Assembly (NCBI GenBank): GCA_043816085.1 | Contig: JBDRII010000028.1 | Coordinates: forward strand, 1 to 27,031 | Length of the DNA: 27,031 nucleotides | Direction of reading: 5' to 3' | From: Patescibacteria group bacterium | GTDB lineage: Bacteria > Patescibacteriota > Patescibacteriia > UBA9570 > JAHJKD01 | In this document: positions 9,764 to 18,681 of the stretch, in pieces | Layout of the letters: every line of letters begins with the position of its first letter | How positions within the stretch are numbered: the stretch's first letter is position 1 | The notes under the pieces: generated by a model | What the model was told of the DNA's origin: nothing | Database searches by the model: none | The model's input: the letters and a program-made list of their open reading frames with translations, nothing else | Made by a program: the position numbers and the translations under genes

Positions 9764-10287
9764 TGACATTTAAAAACATTATCATATTTTTAATATTAAT
9801 CTTTTTTCTTCTAATTCAAATTAGTTTTCTTGCTAATTCTGATTTTCTCCATAAAAATCTACAACTTATTTTCATTTTTTTACTAACCATTCTTTTATTA
9901 GCTAAATTTTCTCTTTATTATTGCTTAAAGTGGGCTATTTTTGCTGGGTTAATATTAGACATTTATTCTCAGTTTGTTTTTGGCTCATATATTATCAGCT
10001 TTGTTCTGACACTATTTATTGTTTATTTAATTTTATACAAATTTTTAACTAATAAATCATATTACACATTAATTGCCCTTGTCTTGATAGGAACCGTCTC
10101 TTATAATTTAATATTATTTATATTAGCCTTATTTTTTTATATTATTAATGTTACTGCTTTTAAAATTGATTTTAATCTAGCCTTACTTACTGGAATTTTT
10201 TGGCAATGCTTAATTAATATGTTTATTGTAACAATAGTGCATCTCTTTAGAAAACGAATTCTTAAAGCATTTATTATACAAACATGA
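9763..10287 (+). CDS. mreD: Rod shape-determining protein MreD
   Basis: Polytopic hydrophobic protein of 174 aa with a GLILDIYS motif, between mreC and PBP2. Confidence 0.85.
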   Translation: MTFKNIIIFLILIFFLLIQISFLANSDFLHKNLQLIFIFLLTILLLAKFSLYYCLKWAIFAGLILDIYSQFVFGSYIISFVLTLFIVYLILYKFLTNKSYYTLIALVLIGTVSYNLILFILALFFYIINVTAFKIDFNLALLTGIFWQCLINMFIVTIVHLFRKRILKAFIIQT

Positions 10288-12227
10288 AGCCCGATCCCTT
10301 TTCGCCCTTTGAGGACAACTCAATAAAAGATACTAATATAAATACCAAATATCAAAAAAGGGTAATAAACTTTTATTTAAATAAAAAAGATAAAAACAAA
10401 TCTAGTATTTCAGTTTCTGTAGATGAAAAAAAATTATTATGGTTTGGGGGTATTGTTGGCTTTTTTCTGCTCATTTTAATCACTAGATTATTTTTTCTTC
10501 AAATTGTACAAGGAGAGGATTATTTAGAAACTGCTGAGGGCAATCGAATCCGAATCCAAACTCTCAAATCTCCCAGAGGAATAATTTATGATCGAAATAA
10601 TAATCCCTTAGTTAAAAATGTACCCAGCTTCCAGGTTGTGGCTATTCCCATTGATTTATCAAAAAATGATGAAGAAATTGAAAATATTATTTCCAAACTC
10701 TCTGATATATTAGAAATTTCTAAAAAAGAAATTAGAGAAAAATTAGACAGTATAGAAAAAAATCCTCGTGAATCACATGTACTATTTGAAGACATTGAAC
10801 TAAAAAAAGCTTTAATTCTAGATATTGAAAGTAGCACTCTTCCTGGAATACATCTACAAATAAACTCTAAAAGGGAATATTTAACTGAGCCTAGTTTTTC
10901 TCATATTTTAGGATATATTGGAAAAATTGATGAACAAGAGTATGACGAAAATAAAACCAAAGATTATCTATTAGACGATTACATTGGAAAAACTGGCATA
11001 GAACTATCATATGAAAAAGTTTTACGGGGTATTCACGGTAAAAAAAGAGTGGAAGTAGATTCATTTGGTAAAGAAAAAGAAGTTATTGCGGCCAAAGATG
11101 CCATACCTGGAAATAATATTTACTTATCTATAGACTCTGACCTACAAAATAAAGCTACTGAAATATTAAAAAACATTGTAAATGAAAGATATGCTTCAGC
11201 TGGAACAGCCATTGTAATGAATCCTAATAATGGAGAAATATTAGCTTTAGTAAACTGGCCAACTTACGACAATAATCTTTTTAGAGAAGGTATTAGTCAA
11301 GAAGAATATACTGCATTACTAGAAGACCCAGGAAAACCATTATTCAATCATGCTCTTTCTGGTGAATATCCGCCTGGTTCTACTTTTAAACCAGTAGTGG
11401 GCGCGGCTGCCCTAGAAGAAGGCGTTGTTACAAAAAACTCTACAGTTAACAGCACCGGTGGTATAGAAATTAATCAATGGTGGTTTCCAGACTGGAAAGA
11501 AGGCGGCCATGGCAGCACTAACATAACTAAGGCCATTGCCGAATCTGTAAATACATATTTCTATTTAGCTGGTGGTGGTGAATTTAATGCTGAAGAAAAT
11601 ATTATTGAAGGTGGCCTAGGAGTTGATAAAATAAAAAAATATGCAGAAAATTATGGATTTAATAATTTAACCAATATTGATCTTCCCGGAGAAAAAACGG
11701 GATTTTTACCCACTCGTGATTGGAAAGAAAAAAATAAAGGAGAAGTATGGTATATTGGTGACACCTATCATCTAGCTATCGGCCAAGGTGATATTTTAGC
11801 CACCCCACTTCAAATTGCCAATTTTACCTCTATTTTTGCCAATGGTGGAACATATTATAAGCCGCATTTAGTAAAAGAAATGTATGATCAGGAAAATGAA
11901 CAAACTATTAAAACTTCGACTGAAATCGTAAATGAAAATTTAGTTTCCAGCTATAATATTGATATTATCAGGCAAGGAATGAGAGAAGCTGTTACTTATG
12001 GTAGTGCTAAACAATTACAAAGCCTGCCCGTGTCTTCAGCTGGAAAAACCGGTACTGCTCAAGTAGGAGGAACAGACAAAACCCACTCTTGGTTTACTAG
12101 TTTTGCCCCTTATGAAAATCCAGAAATCGTAGTTACTGTTCTAGTTGAAGAAGGTGGAGAGGGGACAGAAGCCGCTCTTCCAGCCGCTAAACAAATATTA
12201 AATTATTATTTTACTAGTAAGCCCTAA
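10284..12227 (+). CDS. mrdA: Penicillin-binding protein 2 (class B transpeptidase)
   Basis: TM anchor, PRGIIYDRN, catalytic PGSTFK (SxxK), SVN (SxN), KTG triad and HSWF. Confidence 0.96.
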   Translation: MKPDPFSPFEDNSIKDTNINTKYQKRVINFYLNKKDKNKSSISVSVDEKKLLWFGGIVGFFLLILITRLFFLQIVQGEDYLETAEGNRIRIQTLKSPRGIIYDRNNNPLVKNVPSFQVVAIPIDLSKNDEEIENIISKLSDILEISKKEIREKLDSIEKNPRESHVLFEDIELKKALILDIESSTLPGIHLQINSKREYLTEPSFSHILGYIGKIDEQEYDENKTKDYLLDDYIGKTGIELSYEKVLRGIHGKKRVEVDSFGKEKEVIAAKDAIPGNNIYLSIDSDLQNKATEILKNIVNERYASAGTAIVMNPNNGEILALVNWPTYDNNLFREGISQEEYTALLEDPGKPLFNHALSGEYPPGSTFKPVVGAAALEEGVVTKNSTVNSTGGIEINQWWFPDWKEGGHGSTNITKAIAESVNTYFYLAGGGEFNAEENIIEGGLGVDKIKKYAENYGFNNLTNIDLPGEKTGFLPTRDWKEKNKGEVWYIGDTYHLAIGQGDILATPLQIANFTSIFANGGTYYKPHLVKEMYDQENEQTIKTSTEIVNENLVSSYNIDIIRQGMREAVTYGSAKQLQSLPVSSAGKTGTAQVGGTDKTHSWFTSFAPYENPEIVVTVLVEEGGEGTEAALPAAKQILNYYFTSKP

Positions 12228-12286
12228 TACTTCCCAATAATTCAATATTGATCTAAAATAACAGTATTAAATATTAATAATATAAA

Positions 12287-14047
12287 ATGAAAAAAATAAT
12301 CGCTATTCTTTTTATTCTGGGTGTTTTTTGTGCTATTCAAAGCGTTCAAGCATCTGCTACCTTAAACGGACAAGTATATGAAATAAATGGCGATTCAATT
12401 GAAAATATTAATGCTGAAGCTTTTGCTTGTTCTCAAACTAATGATGCTGATAGTGATCAAACTATAGTCTCAACTGTTGATGGATCTTTTAGTCTAACAG
12501 TCGATGGCGACAGTGAATATCAAATATATTTTAGCGACGACCTTAGCAGTGTAAATTCTAAAATTATCTATTTAGAAGATGGAGCCAATATTAATTTGAA
12601 CTTTTTTGCTGAACTTGATGAAACAATGGCCGTAGTAAGGGGTAAAATTGTTGATAATAACGGAGCTCCGCTCAGTAATGAATCTATCACTCTATATTCC
12701 AATGAAGGCGAAGATTCCGCAATAACTTATACTATTAATAGCGATAGCACTGGGAAATTTAATTTTTCCGTACCTCCTGGAAACTATGATCTAGAATCAA
12801 CCCCCCAGGGCGCCTATTGCGGGCCAGGCGTAGGCCAAGAAAATTGTCTGGGCTTTATCGACCAAAATGTAGAATTAGACCCTAATGAAATTTTAGACTT
12901 AGGTACATTAGATTTTACTCCGGCTAATAATCATTTAAACCTATACTTTTTTGCTAAAAATGGAAATGATTCCCCAGAATTATTAACCCTAACTAGAGGA
13001 CAAGTCCAAGCCCATTCCCAATCCGGCCTTTATTCTGGAATCAATAATATTACTGAATATGAAAACAACATTTCTGACATACCATTAACTTCAAATGAAA
13101 ATTGGACAATTAATGCCTCTGGAATCGCTGGAACCAGCTTTTATCATGGGACTATTACCATTTCTGGTGATACCACTTTTACTGATATTGTTTTACAAAA
13201 AAAATACGATCTGGAATCAGCCAGTATTAATAATATTGATGAAACCTTTTTAGCTAATACAGATAAAGAAATTATCTTAAGCGACGGCACAATTATTAAT
13301 ATCCCCGCCTATGCTATTGATAGTGAGGGGGAGGTTAATGTACTAATTGAACCAGCCTTTGATATTTACGGAGCCAAATTGCCAATTAATGGTTTTGTTT
13401 ATAATTTTACTGCTTATAACCACTTAGGTGCCCAAGTAGATGAATTTGACAGGGAAATTCCCATTACAATGTCCTATGACGCAGACGACCTGGAAGACCT
13501 AGGTATAGATGAAAGTAATATTGTTCCTTCATTTTATTCTGAAAGTTATGATCGATGGCTTAATGTCCCTATTTACACTTTAAACACTAATGATAATACA
13601 ATTTCTTTCAGCGTTAATCATTTTTCCCAATATGCCGTAGTAGCTGATATGAATTTAGATATTACTAAAAAATACACCAGGGGTAATAAAAAAGCCCAAC
13701 TTAGGCATGCTCCCAAAAAAGTACGAAAAGTCAAAACAAGAAAAATTGAAATATTATATAATAATTACGTTAAAATTAAAACTAGCTGGAAACGCATTAA
13801 AAATGTAAAAAAATATCAAATCCAATTATTTAAAAAAGACAAAAAAAGAGCGAAAAAATTAAATTCACTTTATCAGGTTAGTAAAAAGAAAATAAAAAAA
13901 TTAAAACGACCTTATAAAATCATTGAAAGAAATTTTAGACCCAATACCCAATATGGCTTAAGAGTAAGAGCCATGAGAAGAGCTGGTAATGAAAATTTTT
14001 ATGGTGCTTGGAGTAAAAAATCATGGCTAACACCTAACAAGCCTTGA
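12287..14047 (+). CDS. Secreted/surface protein: acidic beta-sandwich domains (carboxypeptidase-regulatory-like) plus a very basic C-terminal FN3-like domain
   Basis: Signal peptide ...QSVQA; VRGKIVDNNGAPL...SDSTGKFNFSVPPGNYDL; NHFSQYAVV; K/R-rich tail with FN3-type W..V..Y and RPNTQYGLRVRA...GAWS. Confidence 0.6.
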   Translation: MKKIIAILFILGVFCAIQSVQASATLNGQVYEINGDSIENINAEAFACSQTNDADSDQTIVSTVDGSFSLTVDGDSEYQIYFSDDLSSVNSKIIYLEDGANINLNFFAELDETMAVVRGKIVDNNGAPLSNESITLYSNEGEDSAITYTINSDSTGKFNFSVPPGNYDLESTPQGAYCGPGVGQENCLGFIDQNVELDPNEILDLGTLDFTPANNHLNLYFFAKNGNDSPELLTLTRGQVQAHSQSGLYSGINNITEYENNISDIPLTSNENWTINASGIAGTSFYHGTITISGDTTFTDIVLQKKYDLESASINNIDETFLANTDKEIILSDGTIINIPAYAIDSEGEVNVLIEPAFDIYGAKLPINGFVYNFTAYNHLGAQVDEFDREIPITMSYDADDLEDLGIDESNIVPSFYSESYDRWLNVPIYTLNTNDNTISFSVNHFSQYAVVADMNLDITKKYTRGNKKAQLRHAPKKVRKVKTRKIEILYNNYVKIKTSWKRIKNVKKYQIQLFKKDKKRAKKLNSLYQVSKKKIKKLKRPYKIIERNFRPNTQYGLRVRAMRRAGNENFYGAWSKKSWLTPNKP

Positions 14048-14072
14048 CAAAATAAGAGTCATGCAATAAAAT
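14044..14072 (+). promoter_or_regulatory. sigma70 promoter for greA, overlapping the upstream stop codon
   Basis: TTGACA (14044-14049), 17-bp spacer, TAAAAT (14067-14072); the ATG is at 14081. Confidence 0.75.
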
Positions 14073-14080
14073 ACTACAAT

Positions 14081-14551
14081 ATGAACAATCAAAAACAAAC
14101 CTACATAACTGAAGAAGGTTTAAAAAAACTAGAAGAAGAGCTAGAGTATTTAAAAAATACTAAACGCAAAAAAATTGCCGAAAGAATTAGAGACGCCAAA
14201 GAATTAGGTGATCTTTCAGAGAATGCAGAATATGCTGAAGCCAAAGAAGAGCAAGGTTTTGTAGAAAGCCGAGTTTTAGAATTACAATCTATTACTAGAA
14301 ATGTTAACTTAATTAAAAAAAGCAAAAAAGCTAATCAAATTGATGTTGGTTCTACTATTGAAGTAGAAAACGCTGAAGGTAATAAAATGACTTACACCAT
14401 AGTAGGTTCCAACGAAGCCAATCCACCCAAAGGCCTTATTTCTAATGAATCTCCTATAGGAAAAGCCTTTTTGGGTAAAAAAGTTGGTGAAGAAGCCGAA
14501 GTAGAAGCACCTTCTGGCAAAATTACTTTTAAAGTTTTAAAAATTAGTTAA
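14081..14551 (+). CDS. greA: Transcription elongation factor GreA
   Basis: GDLSENAEY, AKEEQ and ISNESPIGKAFLGKKVGE. Confidence 0.98.
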   Translation: MNNQKQTYITEEGLKKLEEELEYLKNTKRKKIAERIRDAKELGDLSENAEYAEAKEEQGFVESRVLELQSITRNVNLIKKSKKANQIDVGSTIEVENAEGNKMTYTIVGSNEANPPKGLISNESPIGKAFLGKKVGEEAEVEAPSGKITFKVLKIS

Positions 14552-14563
14552 TAAACTTTAAAT

Positions 14564-14591
14564 TTGACAAAATTAATATTCATGATAATAT
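14564..14591 (+). promoter_or_regulatory. sigma70 promoter for the leader-lysWXYZJK-lysS operon
   Basis: TTGACA (14564-14569), 16-bp spacer, extended -10 TG-A-TAATAT (TG 14583-14584; hexamer 14586-14591). Confidence 0.65.
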
Positions 14592-14610
14592 GGCAATAGT
14601 AAGAAAATAT

Positions 14611-14667
14611 ATGAAAATTCAAGCAATCCAACTTAAGAAGAACAAATTTAACTCTTTACTCGGATGA
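14611..14667 (+). CDS. Putative lysine leader peptide MKIQAIQLKKNKFNSLLG (not in the ORF track)
   Basis: 18 codons with Lys at 2, 9, 10 and 12; its 3' half and stop codon overlap the attenuator hairpins. An in-frame ATG at 14590 overlaps the predicted -10 and is probably not transcribed. Confidence 0.7.
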   Translation: MKIQAIQLKKNKFNSLLG

Positions 14668-14723
14668 GTAGCTAAATTTGTTTTATCTTAAAAAAATAGC
14701 CTCTCAACTGAGAGGTGTTTTTT
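14641..14723 (+). promoter_or_regulatory. Transcription attenuator with pause (1:2), antiterminator (2:3) and terminator (3:4) structures
   Basis: 1:2 is AACAAATTTA (14641-50)/TAAATTTGTT (14673-82) plus TACTC/GAGTA. 2:3 is TGAG (14665-68)/CTCA (14703-06), GCTA (14671-74)/TAGC (14697-700) and TTTTA/TAAAA. 3:4 is CCTCTC-AACT-GAGAGG followed by T6. Pairing was done by eye. Confidence 0.72.
14699..14723 (+). terminator. Rho-independent terminator upstream of lysW (attenuator 3:4)
   Basis: GCCTCTC AACT GAGAGGT G TTTTTT. Confidence 0.8.
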
Positions 14724-14754
14724 ATTATATATCTAATTATTTTAAGTAAAAATT

Positions 14755-14928
14755 ATGTCTAATCAAAATTTATGTCCAGAATGCGAGGGTCAAGTCGTAT
14801 TACCATCAGATGCAGAAGTAGGGGAAATCCTAACCTGTTCTGACTGCTCCTCTGAATTAGAGGTCCGCAGTTTAGAACCCTTAATCATTGAATTAGCCCC
14901 AGAAGAAGAGGAAGACTGGGGTGAATAA
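14755..14928 (+). CDS. lysW: Amino-group carrier protein LysW/ArgW, 57 aa (not in the ORF track)
   Basis: Manual translation gives [57 protein letters not shown]: two CxxC zinc pairs, very acidic, and the diagnostic C-terminal EDWGE. Confidence 0.97.
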   Translation: MSNQNLCPECEGQVVLPSDAEVGEILTCSDCSSELEVRSLEPLIIELAPEEEEDWGE

Positions 14929-14932
14929 AATT

Positions 14933-15775
14933 ATGAAATTAGGAATCATTTATTCACGGCTTCGAAAAGAAGAAAAATTATTATTTCTAGAAGCCAAAAA
15001 ACAAGGCATTGATCTTATTAAAATTCAAGATAATGATCTAATATTAGATTTGAATAACAACCAACCTAATATGGATGTCATACTAGAAAGAAGTGCCTAT
15101 CATAGTCGAATAATTCCCACTTTATCTATCTTAGAAAATCAAGGCATAAAAACTGTTAATAGTTTAGAATCAACTAATATATGTGATAATAAATTATTAA
15201 CCAGTGTCAGTTTAGCAAAAAATATCATTCCAACTCCTCAAATAAAAATAGCTTTTACCGAAGAAAAAGCTTTAGAGGCAGCCGAAGAATTAGGTTATCC
15301 AGTAGTAATTAAACCAGTAAGCGGTTCCTGGGGAAGATTGCTTGCTAAAATAAATGACCGCGAAGCAGCTGAGGCAATTTTTGAACATAAAAAAGTTTTA
15401 GGCTCATGTGATCATTCTATTTTTTATATTCAAGAATTCATAAATAAAAATCAAAGAGATATTAGATCGTTTGTGGTGGGCAATCAGACCATTGCGGCAA
15501 TTTACAGAGAGTCAGAGCATTGGATAACAAATACAGCCCGGGGCGGCCTAACCTCCAGGTGCCGAGTTACTGATGAAATTAATAATTTATCTCTTCAGGC
15601 AGCCAGAGCCGTTAAAGGAGAAATAGTAGCTATTGATTTATTGGAAACAAAACATGGAACACTGCTAGTAAATGAGATTAACTCAACCATGGAATTTAAA
15701 AATAGCATTGATGTTACTGGAGTAAATATACCAGGTGAAATAATTAATTATTTAAAAAAAACATATGGCAATTAA
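14933..15775 (+). CDS. lysX: Alpha-aminoadipate(/glutamate)--LysW ligase, ATP-grasp RimK family
   Basis: [24 protein letters not shown]...[26 protein letters not shown] 14933 ([11 protein letters not shown]) is preferred to the track's GTG 14921, which lies inside lysW. Confidence 0.95.
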   Translation: MKLGIIYSRLRKEEKLLFLEAKKQGIDLIKIQDNDLILDLNNNQPNMDVILERSAYHSRIIPTLSILENQGIKTVNSLESTNICDNKLLTSVSLAKNIIPTPQIKIAFTEEKALEAAEELGYPVVIKPVSGSWGRLLAKINDREAAEAIFEHKKVLGSCDHSIFYIQEFINKNQRDIRSFVVGNQTIAAIYRESEHWITNTARGGLTSRCRVTDEINNLSLQAARAVKGEIVAIDLLETKHGTLLVNEINSTMEFKNSIDVTGVNIPGEIINYLKKTYGN

Positions 15776-16742
15776 TGTTTCAATTGTGGGTGGATCAGGA
15801 TATGCTGGCGGAGAGCTGGTAAGATTATTAATATCTCACCCTGAAGTTAATATCAACCAAATAACATCTGAATCAAATAAAGGAAAATTTATTTCTTTAC
15901 TCCATCCTAATTTGAGAAAAATTTGTAATTTAAAATTCTCTAGTATTAATGATCTTAAAAAATGTGATGTATTATTCCTGACTCTTCCTCATGGAATGAC
16001 AAAAAACCGATTAACAGAGTTTTCTAATTTAGCCGATATTATTATTGATCTAAGCCAAGATTTTAGATTAAGTGATAAATTTGTCTATGGAATAGCTGAA
16101 TTGCATCGAGGCGAGCTAAAAACAGCTAATTTTATAGCTTGTGCCGGCTGTAATGCCACTGCTACTATATTGGGCTTATATCCTTTTTACAAAGAAAAAC
16201 TTATTCGTGAAAACCAAACTACAGTAGAGGCCAAAATTAGTTCTTCAGCATCTGGAAATAAAGCAAATTTAGGCACACACCACCCAGAAAGAAGTGGAGT
16301 AGTGCGTTCCTATATGCCAACAGGACACAGACATATTCAAGAAATAAAACAAGAACTAAATACTAATAACGTACATTTTTCTGCTACTTCCATAGAAATG
16401 GTCAGGGGAATATTAATAACAGCCCAACTATTTCCCCAAAACAAATTATCAGATAAAGATATTTGGAAATTATATAGGAAATATTACAATGACGAACCAT
16501 TCATCAGAATAATCAAAGAAAAAAAAGGAGTTTATAGGTATCCTGAACCAAAACTTCTTCGAGGAACTAATTACTGTGATATTGGTTTTGAAGTAGACGA
16601 AGAATCTGGCCGAATAGTAATTATGTCAGCAATTGATAATTTAGTTAAAGGAGCAGCTGGTCAAGCTGTTCAAGCCTTTAATATTAGATTTAATTTTCCT
16701 GAAATCACTGGTTTGGAATTTAATGGATTACACCCATGCTAA
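15765..16742 (+). CDS. lysY: [LysW]-aminoadipyl-phosphate reductase (ArgC family)
   Basis: [11 protein letters not shown] Rossmann motif, catalytic [33 protein letters not shown] and [14 protein letters not shown]. Confidence 0.93.
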   Translation: MAINVSIVGGSGYAGGELVRLLISHPEVNINQITSESNKGKFISLLHPNLRKICNLKFSSINDLKKCDVLFLTLPHGMTKNRLTEFSNLADIIIDLSQDFRLSDKFVYGIAELHRGELKTANFIACAGCNATATILGLYPFYKEKLIRENQTTVEAKISSSASGNKANLGTHHPERSGVVRSYMPTGHRHIQEIKQELNTNNVHFSATSIEMVRGILITAQLFPQNKLSDKDIWKLYRKYYNDEPFIRIIKEKKGVYRYPEPKLLRGTNYCDIGFEVDEESGRIVIMSAIDNLVKGAAGQAVQAFNIRFNFPEITGLEFNGLHPC

Positions 16743-17530
16743 TAATTAAAATCGGCGGCGGCCAAACAATTAATATTAATTATATACTTGAAGATTTATC
16801 TAGTCTTCAAGAAAAATTTATTATTATTCATGGAGCAAATTATTTAATGGATGAATTTTGTACCAAACTAAATAAACCTCAAAAAACCCTAGAATCAATT
16901 TCTGGATTTACTTCCAGATACACTGACCCGGAAACTATGGACATTTTTATAATGGTATATGCTGGCCTCGCTAATAAAAGAATCGTGGAAAAATGTCATC
17001 AATACAATATTAATGCTGTTGGACTTTCTGGATTAGACGGAAAACTAGCCACTGGTCAAAGAAAAAAAGCTATTAAAGCAAAAATTAATAAAAAAATCAA
17101 ACTTATTAAAGATGATTTATCTGGAAAAACTGAAACTATTAATATAGAATTACTAAAATTATTATTAAATAATAATTACACTCCTGTAATTTGTCCTCCA
17201 ATTTTAAGTGAGGATAACCAAGCTATAAATACTGACAATGATACTTTAACCTCGATTATTTGCAGAGATATGGATATAAAAACAATTATTAATTTATTTG
17301 AAGCCCCAGGATTATTAAAAAACCCTAATGATCCAAATTCTTTAATTTTAACAATCAATAAAAATAAAATAAATAATTATATGAAATATGGAGAGGGTCG
17401 AATGAAAAAAAAATTATTAGGAGCAGAACAAGCTATTAAAAATAATGTAACTAAAATTATATTAAGTGATGGACGCATTAAAAATCCTGTTTCAAGTGCC
17501 TTAAATGGCCAAGGAACAATTATTCAATAA
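16736..17530 (+). CDS. lysZ: [LysW]-aminoadipate kinase (ArgB family)
   Basis: IIKIGG, IIHGA, SRYTD, GLSGLDG, basic GQRKK loop, NTDND and GRMKKK. Confidence 0.93.
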   Translation: MLIIKIGGGQTININYILEDLSSLQEKFIIIHGANYLMDEFCTKLNKPQKTLESISGFTSRYTDPETMDIFIMVYAGLANKRIVEKCHQYNINAVGLSGLDGKLATGQRKKAIKAKINKKIKLIKDDLSGKTETINIELLKLLLNNNYTPVICPPILSEDNQAINTDNDTLTSIICRDMDIKTIINLFEAPGLLKNPNDPNSLILTINKNKINNYMKYGEGRMKKKLLGAEQAIKNNVTKIILSDGRIKNPVSSALNGQGTIIQ

Positions 17531-17535
17531 AAAAA

Positions 17536-18681
17536 ATGAATATTCAACAAATTGAAGATCAAAATTTAATTCCAATTTATCAAAAAAGGGATATTGTCCT
17601 GGTAAAAGGCAATGGTTGTTATTTATTTGATGAAAATAATAATGAATATTTAGATCTAGCCTCTAATTATGGGGCAAATATTTTAGGTTATAATAATATT
17701 AATTTTAATAATGCACTAAAATCACAAATAGATAGGCTAACAAATTGCCACAGCAGTTTTTATAATGATACTCGTGCGGCCTTACTGTCTAAACTAAATA
17801 ATTTATTTCCAAATTTTAAATCCTTTATATGCAATACTGGAACTGAATCAGTAGAAGCAGCTCTTAAATTTGCTAAAATTATTTCTAACAAAGATGAAAT
17901 TATTAGTGCCAAACGTTCATATCATGGAAGAACCCTGGGCGCTCTATCAGCAACTGGTATTCCAAAATATCAAAAACCATTCCAACCTTTGATTCCCAAT
18001 TTTAAACAAATAAATTTTAATGATATTAATGATCTAATAAAAAATATTAGCCATAATACAGCGGCAATTTTACTTGAGCCAATTCAGGGAGAAAGTGGCG
18101 TAAATATTCCTAATATTAATTATTTAAAACAAGTAAAAAATCTTTGTGTCAAAAATAATATATTATTAATTCTAGATGAAATTCAAACAGGGTTTAGAAC
18201 AGGTAAATATTTGGCCGCTGATCATTTTAATGTTGAGCCTGATATTTTTTGTTTATCTAAAGGTTTAGGAAACGGCTTTCCTGTCGCCCTAACCCTTGTT
18301 CACAATAATGTTTTTAATAATATTGCCAGGGGAAGTCACGGAACTACTTTTGGCAGTAATCCCATGGCCTGTGCCGCCTCTTTAAAAACTCTTGAAGAAA
18401 TTGCGAATAATCAATTATTGCAAAACTCAAAAAATATGGGAGAATATTTTTTAATTAAACTTAATAATATTAATTCTCCAATAGTTAGAGAGGTTAGGGG
18501 GCTGGGATTAATGATAGCCATAGAACTAAAACAAAAAGCTGGAAAATATGTTAAAGCCTTACAAGAAGAGGGGATACTAGTAATGTCTAATAATAATATT
18601 ATAAGATTATTACCTCCTTTGATAATTACTAAAGAAGAAATTGATTTAGCTTTAAAAAAATTTAATAAAATTTTATGTTAG
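17536..18681 (+). CDS. lysJ: [LysW]-aminoadipate semialdehyde transaminase (class III PLP, ArgD family)
   Basis: SYHGRTLGALS, LEPIQGESG, DEIQTG, SKGLGNG (PLP lysine), HGTTFGSNP and RGLGLM. Confidence 0.92.
   Translation: MNIQQIEDQNLIPIYQKRDIVLVKGNGCYLFDENNNEYLDLASNYGANILGYNNINFNNALKSQIDRLTNCHSSFYNDTRAALLSKLNNLFPNFKSFICNTGTESVEAALKFAKIISNKDEIISAKRSYHGRTLGALSATGIPKYQKPFQPLIPNFKQINFNDINDLIKNISHNTAAILLEPIQGESGVNIPNINYLKQVKNLCVKNNILLILDEIQTGFRTGKYLAADHFNVEPDIFCLSKGLGNGFPVALTLVHNNVFNNIARGSHGTTFGSNPMACAASLKTLEEIANNQLLQNSKNMGEYFLIKLNNINSPIVREVRGLGLMIAIELKQKAGKYVKALQEEGILVMSNNNIIRLLPPLIITKEEIDLALKKFNKILC

Noticed and set aside
14552-14754. T-box or lysine riboswitch in the lys leader
   Set aside because: No T-box GGTGGnACC motif or GA/AG-box stem I was seen, and the AT-rich leader is too short for a lysine aptamer. 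The peptide-attenuator geometry explains it better.
14921-14932. GTG start for lysX given by the ORF track
   Set aside because: It falls inside the lysW EDWGE codons; ATG 14933 gives the expected LysX N-terminus.
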